Part shown: positions 48,533-57,679 of the stretch, piece by piece
Layout: each line of letters starts with the position of its first letter
How positions within the stretch are numbered: the first letter of the stretch is position 1
Assembly (NCBI GenBank): GCA_963701965.1
Contig: OY969695.1
Span: 3,392,001 to 3,456,000, forward strand
DNA length: 64,000 nt
DNA from: an uncultured Gemmatimonadales bacterium
GTDB lineage: Bacteria; Gemmatimonadota; Gemmatimonadetes; Gemmatimonadales; Gemmatimonadaceae
Direction: 5' to 3'
Made by a program: the position numbers and the translations under genes
The notes under the pieces: model-generated
The model's database searches: none
What the model saw: only the letters and a program-made list of their open reading frames with translations
What the model was told of the DNA's origin: nothing

Positions 48533-49197
48533 GACGGAAGTATACCATGCACGCGATGGAGGATCGCGCGCACCTCTTCGTCGGTTACCTGCGGAAACTC
48601 CTCGTACCACGACCCCACGGCGTCGAACGGGTCGACGGAGATGGGACACACGACGTCGTCGGCGATCGGTCGCAGGAGTGCGACGGCCTCCGGCGCGCCG
48701 ACCGGCACCGCGATGACGATGCGCGCCGGTCCGAGTTGCCGGAGCGCGGTGGCGGCCGCGTACATGGTGGACCCCGTGGCCATCCCGTCGTCCACCAAGA
48801 TCGCGATGCGGCCGCGGACGTCGGGTGGCGGCGCGTCGTCGCGATACTCGTACGCGCGTCGTTCCAGCTCCCGGTGCTCGACCGCGGTGATGGCGTCGAC
48901 ATCGTCCGGCGTGAGCCGCGCGGCTACGATCACGTCACGATTGAGTACACGTGTCCCGCCGATGGCCAGCGCGCCAAACGCGTACTCCGGTTGTGCGGGC
49001 ACGCCCAGCTTGCGCACGAGCCATACGTCGAGCGGAAGTCCGAGCTCATCCGCAATGATCCCAGCCACGGGGACTCCGCCGCGCGGGAGCGCCAGCACAA
49101 TGGTGTCCGGGCGCCCCGCGTACACCGCGAGTCCCGCCGCGAGCACAGCGCCCGCCTCGCGCCGGTCATGGTAGCGAGTTGTCGGCGACGGCCACAT
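48529..49197 (-). CDS. Phosphoribosyltransferase family protein
   Basis: LALPRGGVPV, VRKLGVP, ILVDDGMATG, FPQVTDEEV. Confidence 0.92.
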   Translation of the reverse strand: MWPSPTTRYHDRREAGAVLAAGLAVYAGRPDTIVLALPRGGVPVAGIIADELGLPLDVWLVRKLGVPAQPEYAFGALAIGGTRVLNRDVIVAARLTPDDVDAITAVEHRELERRAYEYRDDAPPPDVRGRIAILVDDGMATGSTMYAAATALRQLGPARIVIAVPVGAPEAVALLRPIADDVVCPISVDPFDAVGSWYEEFPQVTDEEVRAILHRVHGILPS

Positions 49198-49209
49198 CCT
49201 ACATGCAGT

Positions 49210-49695
49210 ATGGCTGCCGAAGAGAGACTACGCGAGCACATCCTGGAGCTCCTGCGCGGTGGGCAAGCGCACGCGACGTTCGACGATGTCGTCGCCGATT
49301 TCCCCCCGGAATTGCGGGGCGTACGCCCCAATGCGCTGCCGTATTCGGCGTGGAAGCTCGTGGAGCACATCCGGATCGCCCAACGGGACATTCTCGACTA
49401 TAGCCGGGCCGCGCGCGATGCCTACGCCGCGCCCGCCTGGCCCGCCGGCTACTGGCCGGCGGCCAATGCCCCGCCGACGGCGACAGCGTGGGACGAGTCG
49501 ATCGCGACGATCCGGGCCGAGCGCGAGGAGATGGAGCAAATGGTCGCCGACCCATCGCGCGACCTGTTCGCGACCCTTCCCGCGTCGTCGGAGGGACACT
49601 CGCTGCTCCGCGAAGCGCTCCTCGTGGCCGACCACACGGCCTATCACGTCGGCGAGCTTGTTTTGTTACGCCGGATGCTGGGGAGCTGGGACTAG
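49210..49695 (+). CDS. DinB family protein
   Basis: GGQAH, SAWKLVEHIRIAQ, LVADHTAYHVGE. Confidence 0.88.
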   Translation: MAAEERLREHILELLRGGQAHATFDDVVADFPPELRGVRPNALPYSAWKLVEHIRIAQRDILDYSRAARDAYAAPAWPAGYWPAANAPPTATAWDESIATIRAEREEMEQMVADPSRDLFATLPASSEGHSLLREALLVADHTAYHVGELVLLRRMLGSWD

Positions 49696-49742
49696 GCTGG
49701 GACTAGGCAAACGGGCGGCGGTCGGCCACTGTACACGGCGAC

Positions 49743-50585
49743 ATGACTAATCGAAACGATCTCATCAGCGCCGCCTTTGCGGCGGTGGCGGTCTTCGCGC
49801 CGCCGACCCACAAAGCGCCGGCCCCGATCCGGCTGTACGTGCTCGACTGCGGGCACATCGAAGCCGCGAGCGACTCGGTGTTTCATCCCCACACCAAGGG
49901 CGTGCCGCGCAAACTGGCCGATGGCTGCTACTTGATCGTGCACCCTAAGGGTACGCTCATGTGGGACACCGGTTTCCCCGACGCCCTGGCCGCCAAGGAG
50001 CCCGCCGGCATGACGACGGGCCCCTTCGTCGTGCACGTCACCAATCCGGTATCCGCCCAGCTCAAGGCGGCCGGGTTCGATCCCAATGCCATCACGTATC
50101 TCGGCATCTCCCACATGCACGGCGACCACGTCGGCAACGTCGCGCTCTTTCCCCGCGCCACGCTCCTCATCCAGAAAGAGGAGTTCGAGACGGCCATGGG
50201 CCCTAACGCCGCCAAGTACGGTCTCGACCCGTCCGGCTATGCCACGCTCAAGTCGAACCCCGTGAAGAAACTCGAAGGCGACTACAATGTCTTCGGCGAC
50301 GGCTCGGTGGTGATCAAGCGCACGGTCGGCCACACGGTCGGTCACCAGGCCCTGTTCGTCGAGCTGCCCAAGACCGGCAACATCCTGCTCTCGGGTGACA
50401 TGGCGCATTTCGCCGACAATTGGACGAACCGGCGCGTGCCGGCGTTCAACTACGACAGCGCCCAGACCGTGAAGAGCATGGTCGACATGGACGCATTCAT
50501 GAAGGCCCATCACGCCACGCTCTGGATCCAGCACGACGGACCGCAGAACGCGGCGCTCAAACACGCGCCGGCGTACTACGAGTAG
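49743..50585 (+). CDS. N-acyl homoserine lactonase-family metallo-hydrolase
   Basis: WDTG, SHMHGDHVG, GHTVGHQ, LSGD, QHD. Confidence 0.85.
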   Translation: MTNRNDLISAAFAAVAVFAPPTHKAPAPIRLYVLDCGHIEAASDSVFHPHTKGVPRKLADGCYLIVHPKGTLMWDTGFPDALAAKEPAGMTTGPFVVHVTNPVSAQLKAAGFDPNAITYLGISHMHGDHVGNVALFPRATLLIQKEEFETAMGPNAAKYGLDPSGYATLKSNPVKKLEGDYNVFGDGSVVIKRTVGHTVGHQALFVELPKTGNILLSGDMAHFADNWTNRRVPAFNYDSAQTVKSMVDMDAFMKAHHATLWIQHDGPQNAALKHAPAYYE

Positions 50586-50594
50586 TCGCGGGTG

Positions 50595-51542
50595 TTACGG
50601 CGCGAGCACGACCGCGGTCAGTACCCACGTCTTGCGGTCGGTCGACGGTTGGTCGTAATAAAACCCATAGACTTTGTGGGTCTTGGGGTCGACCGCGACT
50701 GACCGCGCGCCGCCGCCGGTCTTGATGGTGTCCACCACGGAGTACTTGTCCGGCGCGTCCTCGTGGACGATCACCAGAGTCGAGTCGGTGCGGTTGGCGT
50801 TGAACGCGAGCTGGGTGGTCGCGTCGAACGCGTCCTCATCGGCGTGGCCGTTGACCGGAATACGGCTGACGACCGCGCCGTTGTCGGCGTTCACGACGAC
50901 CAGCTCCTTGTCGCAACCCAGGAAGAGGCGGCGGTGGGCGGCGTCGAGCGAGAGCCCCTGGGCCGCTTTGCAATTGGGAATCGGATAGCGGGCCACGACG
51001 TCGAGCGAGCGGGCGTCGACCTTGGTGACGATCGACGAATCCTCCCGGTTGATGAACAGCATCCCGTGGCCGTCAGCGACGCCGGATTCCAGCTTGTTGC
51101 CAAAATGTTTGCGGGCGACGATCGCGCCCGCGCGCATATCGACGACGGTCACGGTGTCGTCGAGCATGAAAGCGCGGTGGGTGCCGGCATCGTACAGGCT
51201 CGCGTCCCCGGCTCCGGCGACGTGGCCCGTCACCTTGGCCGTCGACAGGTCGAACCGCGTCCCGTTGCGCGCCAGTCCGGCGCCCACATCGGCGGCCAGC
51301 GCGTAACCGCCCGCTGCCTTGCCGGGGATCGAGTCGACGACTTTGTCCCGGTCGATGTCCACGATCGTGTTCCCGAGGCCGTACAGCCGGCGGTGCTCGG
51401 CGTCGATCGCGATGAAGTCCGCGGTGTTGCCGGCGCTCTGCGGGCCGATCACGATGCGGGCGACGACGTGGTAGTGGGGCGTCGCCGTTTGCGCGCCGAG
51501 CGCGCCAGCGGCGAATGACAGGGCGAGTGCGAGACGAAGCAT
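50595..51542 (-). CDS. YncE-like secreted beta-propeller protein
   Basis: Signal peptide, repeated D..HRRL(Y/F) blades, GARSVAVDPKTHKVY. Confidence 0.8.
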   Translation of the reverse strand: MLRLALALSFAAGALGAQTATPHYHVVARIVIGPQSAGNTADFIAIDAEHRRLYGLGNTIVDIDRDKVVDSIPGKAAGGYALAADVGAGLARNGTRFDLSTAKVTGHVAGAGDASLYDAGTHRAFMLDDTVTVVDMRAGAIVARKHFGNKLESGVADGHGMLFINREDSSIVTKVDARSLDVVARYPIPNCKAAQGLSLDAAHRRLFLGCDKELVVVNADNGAVVSRIPVNGHADEDAFDATTQLAFNANRTDSTLVIVHEDAPDKYSVVDTIKTGGGARSVAVDPKTHKVYGFYYDQPSTDRKTWVLTAVVLAP

Positions 51543-51650
51543 GGCGTGATCAGGTCGGAGGAACGCGCGAAGAGAGGCGATCGCCTGCGGGACGCCGCAA
51601 GTCTAGGTCGCCAACCTGTCATGCCAGTGACAAGAACCGAGGGCGCCGCC

Positions 51651-52376
51651 TCAGAGTCGCGCGTTGTCCTCGCGCGCGGTTCCCGACTTCGCGTCGTCCA
51701 TGCGATCGGGTGGTTGCTCGCGCTGTTCCATCTCGTTACGCTCGCGAGACCATCGGTCGAAGTCGTCGAGCTGCCCCGCGGGAAGGATCTCGAACGTCGT
51801 CGTACTGTCGCCCACAATGGTCGCCGTCTGCCGGAAGTCGACGGGAAATGTCGACCCGGCCGTCGCCACCTGGGCATGTCCCGCCCACGCCGTCACCCGC
51901 GTGGTATCCCCATCGGCCGAGACATCGACGCGATACTCGCCGGGTTCTTCGAGAAAGATGGCCGCGTTCGGCACATCGACTTCGTACGTTCGCGACGAGT
52001 CGATGGCCTCGATGCGCACGTCGAGCGATCCCTGGGGCAGGCGGACCAGCACCAAACTGTCGCCCAGGCTGTCGATGTCGAGCTCGGTTTCCTGGGACAT
52101 ACGGATCGCATTGTCGCCGATCTCCATCTCGACGTGCCCCACGGAATCGACCCACAGGCGATCTCCCGTCACCACGTCCCGATCGGGTTCGGGAATGGCC
52201 CACGTGTCCCCCGCCGCGGGGCGAAACGACACCGCCCCCTCGATGAGATCGAGTTGGCCCACGCGGGCGGGCGCGTCGTCACTGGGCGCCGGCGTTTCCG
52301 GCGACCCGAAACCGGCGTAGCAGGCGGAACCCCCAATGCATCCGACGAGCGCGATCACGAGCCACACACGCGACAT
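51651..52376 (-). CDS. FecR-like domain protein
   Basis: ARVGQL..GAVSF..TGDRLW, DVPNAAI..PGEYRVDV, DDFDRW. Confidence 0.75.
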   Translation of the reverse strand: MSRVWLVIALVGCIGGSACYAGFGSPETPAPSDDAPARVGQLDLIEGAVSFRPAAGDTWAIPEPDRDVVTGDRLWVDSVGHVEMEIGDNAIRMSQETELDIDSLGDSLVLVRLPQGSLDVRIEAIDSSRTYEVDVPNAAIFLEEPGEYRVDVSADGDTTRVTAWAGHAQVATAGSTFPVDFRQTATIVGDSTTTFEILPAGQLDDFDRWSRERNEMEQREQPPDRMDDAKSGTAREDNARL

Positions 52377-52447
52377 GCGTGAATTTAACCGGTCGCGGAA
52401 CGGCCGAGTGTACGCCGTCGTCCGAATCCACTAGGTTGACGCTCACG

Positions 52448-52840
52448 ATGCGATCGTCCGACTATCTGACGGCCCAGGAAGTCGCCGAGCAATTGCACAT
52501 GCACGTCAAACGCGTGCAGTTGTTGGCGCGGCAGGGCAAGCTCCCCACCGTCCGGCACGGGCGCCGGTGGCTTTTTCCCCGCGAGCAGATCGTCTCCCGC
52601 GCGACGACGGCGGCGGCAACCCGCGGCATCGACCTCTCCGCGCGCAATCAACTCCGCGGGACCATCCGCCGGTTGCAGCGCGACGGCCTGATGGTCGAGG
52701 TGACGATCCGGCTCGCCGCACAGGACCTCGTGGCCGTCATCACCAAAGCATCGGCGCAACGTCTCGGTCTCACCGAGGGCGGCGACGCGTTGGCCGTCAT
52801 CAAGGCGACCGAAGTCATGGTGGCCCGCAACGTCCGTTAG
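52448..52840 (+). CDS. Excisionase-like HTH plus TOBE (molybdate/tungstate-binding) regulator
   Basis: YLTAQEVAEQL..GKLP..GRRWLF and SARNQLRG..AVIT..AVIKATEV. Confidence 0.88.
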   Translation: MRSSDYLTAQEVAEQLHMHVKRVQLLARQGKLPTVRHGRRWLFPREQIVSRATTAAATRGIDLSARNQLRGTIRRLQRDGLMVEVTIRLAAQDLVAVITKASAQRLGLTEGGDALAVIKATEVMVARNVR

Positions 52841-52914
52841 CGGTCCGGGTTGTCAGCTGATAGGCCATTACTCTACGTTGCCCTACGTTACCTCGCGGGT
52901 TACGTTCTCCAACC

Positions 52915-53748
52915 ATGAAAACACGCCTGTGGTTGGTACTTGCGAGTCTCGCTCTGTCACATGTGGCATTGGCGCAGGACAGTTTTTGGACGACCTGGGA
53001 AAAGACGGCGTCCGCAATCCAAGCGGAGCAACCGCACTGGGCCACGCCGCTCGTCACGGTGACGCCGCGGATGGAGCAGGAGTTCCGGTTCGACTACGTG
53101 TCGCGGTTCACGCCCGCCGGACTCAACACGTCGATCTACGACAACGGCAAAGGTCTCGAGCTCATCCCTTTGCTGCCGATCGAGCTGCTGATCAACCTGC
53201 CACCGTACACGGTCCATCGAAACCCAAAAGCGCCCGACGGCTGGGGCGACTGGCCACTCCTGCTCAAGGTCCGTCTCCTCTCAGCGAACGAGCAGAAGGG
53301 CAACTATCTGCTCACGCTCTTCCTCGGCGGCACGGTGCCCACCGGCGGGCATCTCAACGGCAACGGATTCGGCCTGTTCTCACCCTCGATTGCCGGCGGC
53401 AAGGGCTTTGGCGACTTCGACGTGCAAACGACGGCGGGTTTCAATATTCCGGTGACCAGCGAGCCGAAGTTTGGGCACCCATTCCTCTACAACGTCGCGC
53501 TGCAATACCACATTCCCGAGGCCTTCCTGTGGCCGGAAGTGGAGATGAACGGCACGGCGTGGCGCGACGGGACGAATCTCGGCAACAACCAGATCTTCAT
53601 TACTCCTGGTGTCGTTCTCGGGCGGTTTCCGCTCCACGCGCTCTACAATCGCTTAGGGCTCACATTCGGCGCTGGCATTCAGATCGCCGCCACGCACTTC
53701 CATCAGTATGATCACGCGTGGACGTTCACCGCGCGCATGCCGTTTTAG
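52915..53748 (+). CDS. Secreted or outer-membrane hypothetical protein
   Basis: Signal peptide, QPHWATPLVTVTPRMEQEFRFD, amphipathic strands, C-terminal Phe. Confidence 0.7.
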   Translation: MKTRLWLVLASLALSHVALAQDSFWTTWEKTASAIQAEQPHWATPLVTVTPRMEQEFRFDYVSRFTPAGLNTSIYDNGKGLELIPLLPIELLINLPPYTVHRNPKAPDGWGDWPLLLKVRLLSANEQKGNYLLTLFLGGTVPTGGHLNGNGFGLFSPSIAGGKGFGDFDVQTTAGFNIPVTSEPKFGHPFLYNVALQYHIPEAFLWPEVEMNGTAWRDGTNLGNNQIFITPGVVLGRFPLHALYNRLGLTFGAGIQIAATHFHQYDHAWTFTARMPF

Positions 53749-53823
53749 CACGGGGTGCTGAACTACGCACCCGTGCTAAAACTCGTCGGTTGAACTGAGC
53801 TCCGCTGCGCCGAGCTCTAGGCG
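53742..53823 (+). repeat. 82-bp two-hairpin element starting at the upstream gene's stop codon
   Basis: GTTTTAGCACGGGGTGCTGAACTACGCACCCGTGCTAAAACTCGTCGGTTGAACTGAGCTCCGCTGCGCCGAGCTCTAGGCG; matches 19350-19431. Confidence 0.85.
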
Positions 53824-53923
53824 CCCCATGCATAGACGGGACAAATCCTTCGATACGCTGCGTATATTTGCCCGGGCTGCTAACGCTCAGCGAACTTACA
53901 CGAGCACAGCACCGGAGAACACA

Positions 53924-55846
53924 ATGGCGACGCCATACGTACGTTTGACGGAACCCATGGTGCGGGAAGGAGATACGCTCCGTCCCGCTACTTGGGAAGA
54001 AGCCCTCGATCGGGCGGCCTCAGGCTTTCGCCGGGTGATAGACACCGCGGGGGGCGACGCGCTCGGAATCTTCTCGTGCTCCAAGGCGAGCAACGAGATG
54101 AACTTCCTGGCGCAGAAGCTCGCCCGGGTCGCATTCGGCACGCACAACGTCGATAGTTGCAACCGAACGTGACACGCTCCTAGCGTCGCCGGTCTGGCGA
54201 CAGCGTTCGGCGCGGGCGGGGGTACGAGCTCGTACCGTGAGGCGGAAGAGACCGACGTGATTTTCATGTGGGGCGCCAATGCCCGCGAAAATCACCCGAT
54301 CTTCTTCCATCACGTTCTCAAGGGCATCCGCAACGGCGCGCGGGCGTTCGCGGTGGATCCCCGCCGCACGTCGACGGCGGCCTGGGCCGATATGTGGCTG
54401 GGCATCAACGTCGGGACCGATATCGCGCTGTCCAACGCCATGGCGCGCGTGATCATCCACGCCGGCCTCGCGGACACGACGTTCATCGAGCGGGCGACGA
54501 CGGGATTCGAGCGGTACCGGGCCTCGGTCGAGTCCTACACGCTGGAATACGCCGAGCATACCACGGGCGTGCCGGGGCGGTACATCGAGGAGGCGGCCCT
54601 CGCTTACGCCCGCGCCGATCGCGCGATGATCTGCTGGACGCTGGGCATCACCGAGCACCACAACGCGGTCGATAACGTCCTTTCGTTGATCAATCTCGCC
54701 TTGCTCACGGGTCACGTCGGCCGATACGGATCCGGCCTCAATCCGCTGCGCGGGCAGAACAACGTCCAGGGCGGCGGCGACATGGGCGCGATCCCAAACC
54801 GTCTGTGCGGGTTCCAGGATATTCACGATCCCGCCGTGCGCGAGGCGTTTGGCCACCGCTGGGGCGTGACGCTCCAGCCGGAGTACGGGCGCACGATGAC
54901 GCAGATGTTCGAGGCCATGCGCGACGGACGTCAGCGCGGACTCTACGTCATCGGGGAGAATCCGGCACAGTCCGAGGCCGACCAGCACCATAGCGAGAAG
55001 CTGCTCCGCGGCCTCGACATCCTCGTGGTCCAGGATGTGCTCCTCACCCGGACCGCTCAACTGGCGGACGTCGTGTTCCCCGCATTGTCGAGTTGGTGCG
55101 AGTCCGAGGGGACGGTGACGAACAGCGAGCGCCGCGTGCAGCGCGTACGCAAAGCGTTGGAGCCGCCCGGCGATGCGCGCGATGACATGTGGATCATCTC
55201 CGAAGTCGCGCGCCGGCTGGGTGTCGACTGGGGACAGCCCACGGCCGAGGGCGTCTGGGACGAAGTCCGCGCCGTGGCGCCCGCGATGTTCGGGGGGATG
55301 TCATACGCGCGGTTGGAGGAGCATCTGGGCCTGCAGTGGCCGTGCCCGGACGAGTCGCATCCGGGATCGCAGTTCCTCCACACCCGGCTCTGGGAGGAGG
55401 ACGAGGCCAAGCGCGGGTTGGCCGCGCCGTTCAGCGTCGTCCTGCACGATCCGCCGGTGGAAATGCCGGACGCCGAGTATCCGTTTCTCTTGACCACGGG
55501 CCGGCGGCTGGACTCGTACAACACGGGTGTGCAGACGGGTGGGTACACGTCGCCACTCCGGCGTCCGGAGACGCTCGATATGTCGCCCGAGGACGCCGAG
55601 CGGTTGGATGTGGCCGAAGGCGACTGTGTCCGTGTGGCGTCCCGCCGCGGCAACGTCCTGGCCCCCGTGCACGTCGATCGGGCGCTCCGGCCCGGACTCG
55701 TGTTCATGACGTTGCATTTCCAGGACGATGTGCGGGTGAACCAACTGACGATCGACGCCACCGATCCCGTGTCCGGGACGGCCGAGTTCAAGGCCTGCGC
55801 GGTGCAGGTCACCCCCGTACGCGCGGTCCAAGTCGCGGCTGACTGA
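53924..55846 (+). CDS. fdhF: Selenocysteine-containing formate dehydrogenase-type Mo/W-bisPGD catalytic subunit
   Basis: ORFs 53828..54172 and 54257..55846 share one frame, separated by TGA in NVDSCNRT-U-HAPSVAGL; PLRGQNNVQG, GTVTNSERRVQ; GGAG RBS. Confidence 0.9.
54170..54205 (+). promoter_or_regulatory. Sec UGA codon and bacterial SECIS hairpin
   Basis: TGA at 54170-54172, 12 nt, then GTCGCC-GGTCT-GGCGAC at 54185-54201. Confidence 0.88.
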
Positions 55847-57679
55847 ATGGACCTGAAGTTGTCGGCGGCCGAAGCGACGGCCGAGGAGCGGGAGGCCGTC
55901 GACGCCGTACTGGGCGTGCCGACATCGGGATGGGACGGGGGGACGCGCATCGCGCTGCGCGACGGGCATGTAGCGGTCGCCGATCACGCGGCGCGGGATC
56001 GGCTGCTGCCGGCCCTGCAAGCCGTCCAAGGCCGGATCGGGTGGCTCAGCGAAGGGGCGCTCATGTACATCAGCGCCCGCATGGACCTGCCGCCGGCCGA
56101 GGCGTATGGTGTGGCGACGTTTTACGCGCTGCTCTCCACGACGCCGCGGCCGCGGCGCGTGCTCCACGTGTGCGACGACGTGGTGTGTCGGACGCGGGGC
56201 GCGAACGCCGTCATCGATGGGCTGGGACCGGCCTATCACGGTCCGAACGGCGATCACGTCGTCTTCGACGACGGCGAGACGATCTGGATGCGGAGTCCGT
56301 GCCTCGGCCTCTGCGACCAGGCGCCCGCGGCGTTCCTGCAAGAGGCGGGCGCCCAGCCGAGGGCCTATCTCTTCGGATCGGTGACCGCCGCCGAGGCGCG
56401 GGCGGTGCGCGATGGCGACAACACGGTCGTCACGCGGCCGCATCCCACGATCCCGCAATCCGGCGACCCGAGGCTGCGTCTCTTGGCGCGCGTGGGCGTC
56501 GTCGACCCCACAAGCCTCGATGCCTACCGGGCCGCGGGCGGCTGGGAAGCGCTGCGGCGCGCGCACGAGATCGGCCCCGATGCGGTGATCCGGGAAGTGC
56601 TGGACTCGAAGCTCATGGGCCGCGGGGGCGCCGCGTTCCCGACGGGCAAGAAGTGGGAAGCCGTCGCCAAGCAGACGGTGCAGCCCCACTACCTCATCTG
56701 CAACGCCGACGAATCGGAGCCGGGCACCTTCAAGGATCGCGTGATCATGGAGGAGGACCCGTTCGCGTTGATCGAAGCGATGGCGATCGCCGCTTTCGCG
56801 ACGGGATGCGCGCAGGGCTACATCTACTTGCGCGGCGAGTATCCGCTGGCCGCGGAGCGCCTGTCGAACGCCATTGCGCAGTCGCGCGCCCACGGCGTCC
56901 TCGGCGCGGGCTTCGACATCGAGCTGCGTTTGGGCGGCGGAGCGTACATCTGCGGCGAGGAGACGGCGGTCTTCAATTCGATCGAGGGACATCGGGGCGA
57001 GCCGCGCAACAAGCCGCCATTTCCCGTCGAATCCGGCGTCTTTCGGAAGCCGACGGTCATCAACAACGTCGAGACGTTGGCCAACATCCCGCGCATCGTG
57101 CTCGAGGGCGGTCCGGCGTTCGCGGCGATCGGGGCTGGCGGCCAGTCGACCGGCACGAAGCTCTTTTGCCTCTCGGGCGCGGTCGCCCGCCCCGGAGTCT
57201 ACGAAGTGCCTTTCGGCGCGACACTCGGCCACATGCTGGAGATGGCCGGCGTGCAGGGGAAGCTGCAAGCCATACTCCTCGGCGGCGCGGCGGGCCTCTT
57301 CGTCCGGCCGGACGAGCTGGACATGCCGCTGACGTTCGAGGGGGTCCGCGCGGCGAAGGCGACGCTCGGCTCGGGGGTGATCGTCGCGTTGGACGATACG
57401 GTCGATCTCACCGACACGCTGCTCCGCATCGCGGCCTTCTTTCGCGATGAATCGTGCGGGCAGTGCGTCCCCTGCCGCGTGGGGACGGTGCGGCAGGAAG
57501 AGGCGCTCCACCGGATCGCCAGCCGCCGCACCCGGGGCACGGTCAGCGATGAGACGGCGCTGCTCGATGAGATCGGGCAGGGAATGAAAGACGCGTCGAT
57601 CTGCGGTCTCGGCCAGACGGCATACAGCGCCGTCGAGTCGGCGATCAAGCGGCTCGGACTCTATGGGAGGACGTCGTGA
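55847..57679 (+). CDS. Fused NuoE-NuoF-like diaphorase subunit
   Basis: NuoE-like ATFY..CDDVVC..CLGLCD fused to GRGGAAFPTG, NADESEPG, YICGEETA, ESCGQCVPCR. Confidence 0.92.
   Translation: MDLKLSAAEATAEEREAVDAVLGVPTSGWDGGTRIALRDGHVAVADHAARDRLLPALQAVQGRIGWLSEGALMYISARMDLPPAEAYGVATFYALLSTTPRPRRVLHVCDDVVCRTRGANAVIDGLGPAYHGPNGDHVVFDDGETIWMRSPCLGLCDQAPAAFLQEAGAQPRAYLFGSVTAAEARAVRDGDNTVVTRPHPTIPQSGDPRLRLLARVGVVDPTSLDAYRAAGGWEALRRAHEIGPDAVIREVLDSKLMGRGGAAFPTGKKWEAVAKQTVQPHYLICNADESEPGTFKDRVIMEEDPFALIEAMAIAAFATGCAQGYIYLRGEYPLAAERLSNAIAQSRAHGVLGAGFDIELRLGGGAYICGEETAVFNSIEGHRGEPRNKPPFPVESGVFRKPTVINNVETLANIPRIVLEGGPAFAAIGAGGQSTGTKLFCLSGAVARPGVYEVPFGATLGHMLEMAGVQGKLQAILLGGAAGLFVRPDELDMPLTFEGVRAAKATLGSGVIVALDDTVDLTDTLLRIAAFFRDESCGQCVPCRVGTVRQEEALHRIASRRTRGTVSDETALLDEIGQGMKDASICGLGQTAYSAVESAIKRLGLYGRTS

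Noticed and set aside
51651..52376. Truncated FecR/DUF6600 pseudogene
   Set aside because: No continuation was found in other frames downstream; it may be a natural single-domain protein.
52448..52620. Prophage excisionase
   Set aside because: The HTH is fused to a TOBE domain, and there is no integrase or phage gene nearby.
53824..53923. Moco/Wco riboswitch upstream of FDH
   Set aside because: I could not identify the conserved structure by eye; an Rfam cmscan would be needed.
54170..54172. Nonsense mutation making FDH a pseudogene
   Set aside because: The TGA is at the catalytic Cys/Sec position and is followed by a SECIS-like hairpin.
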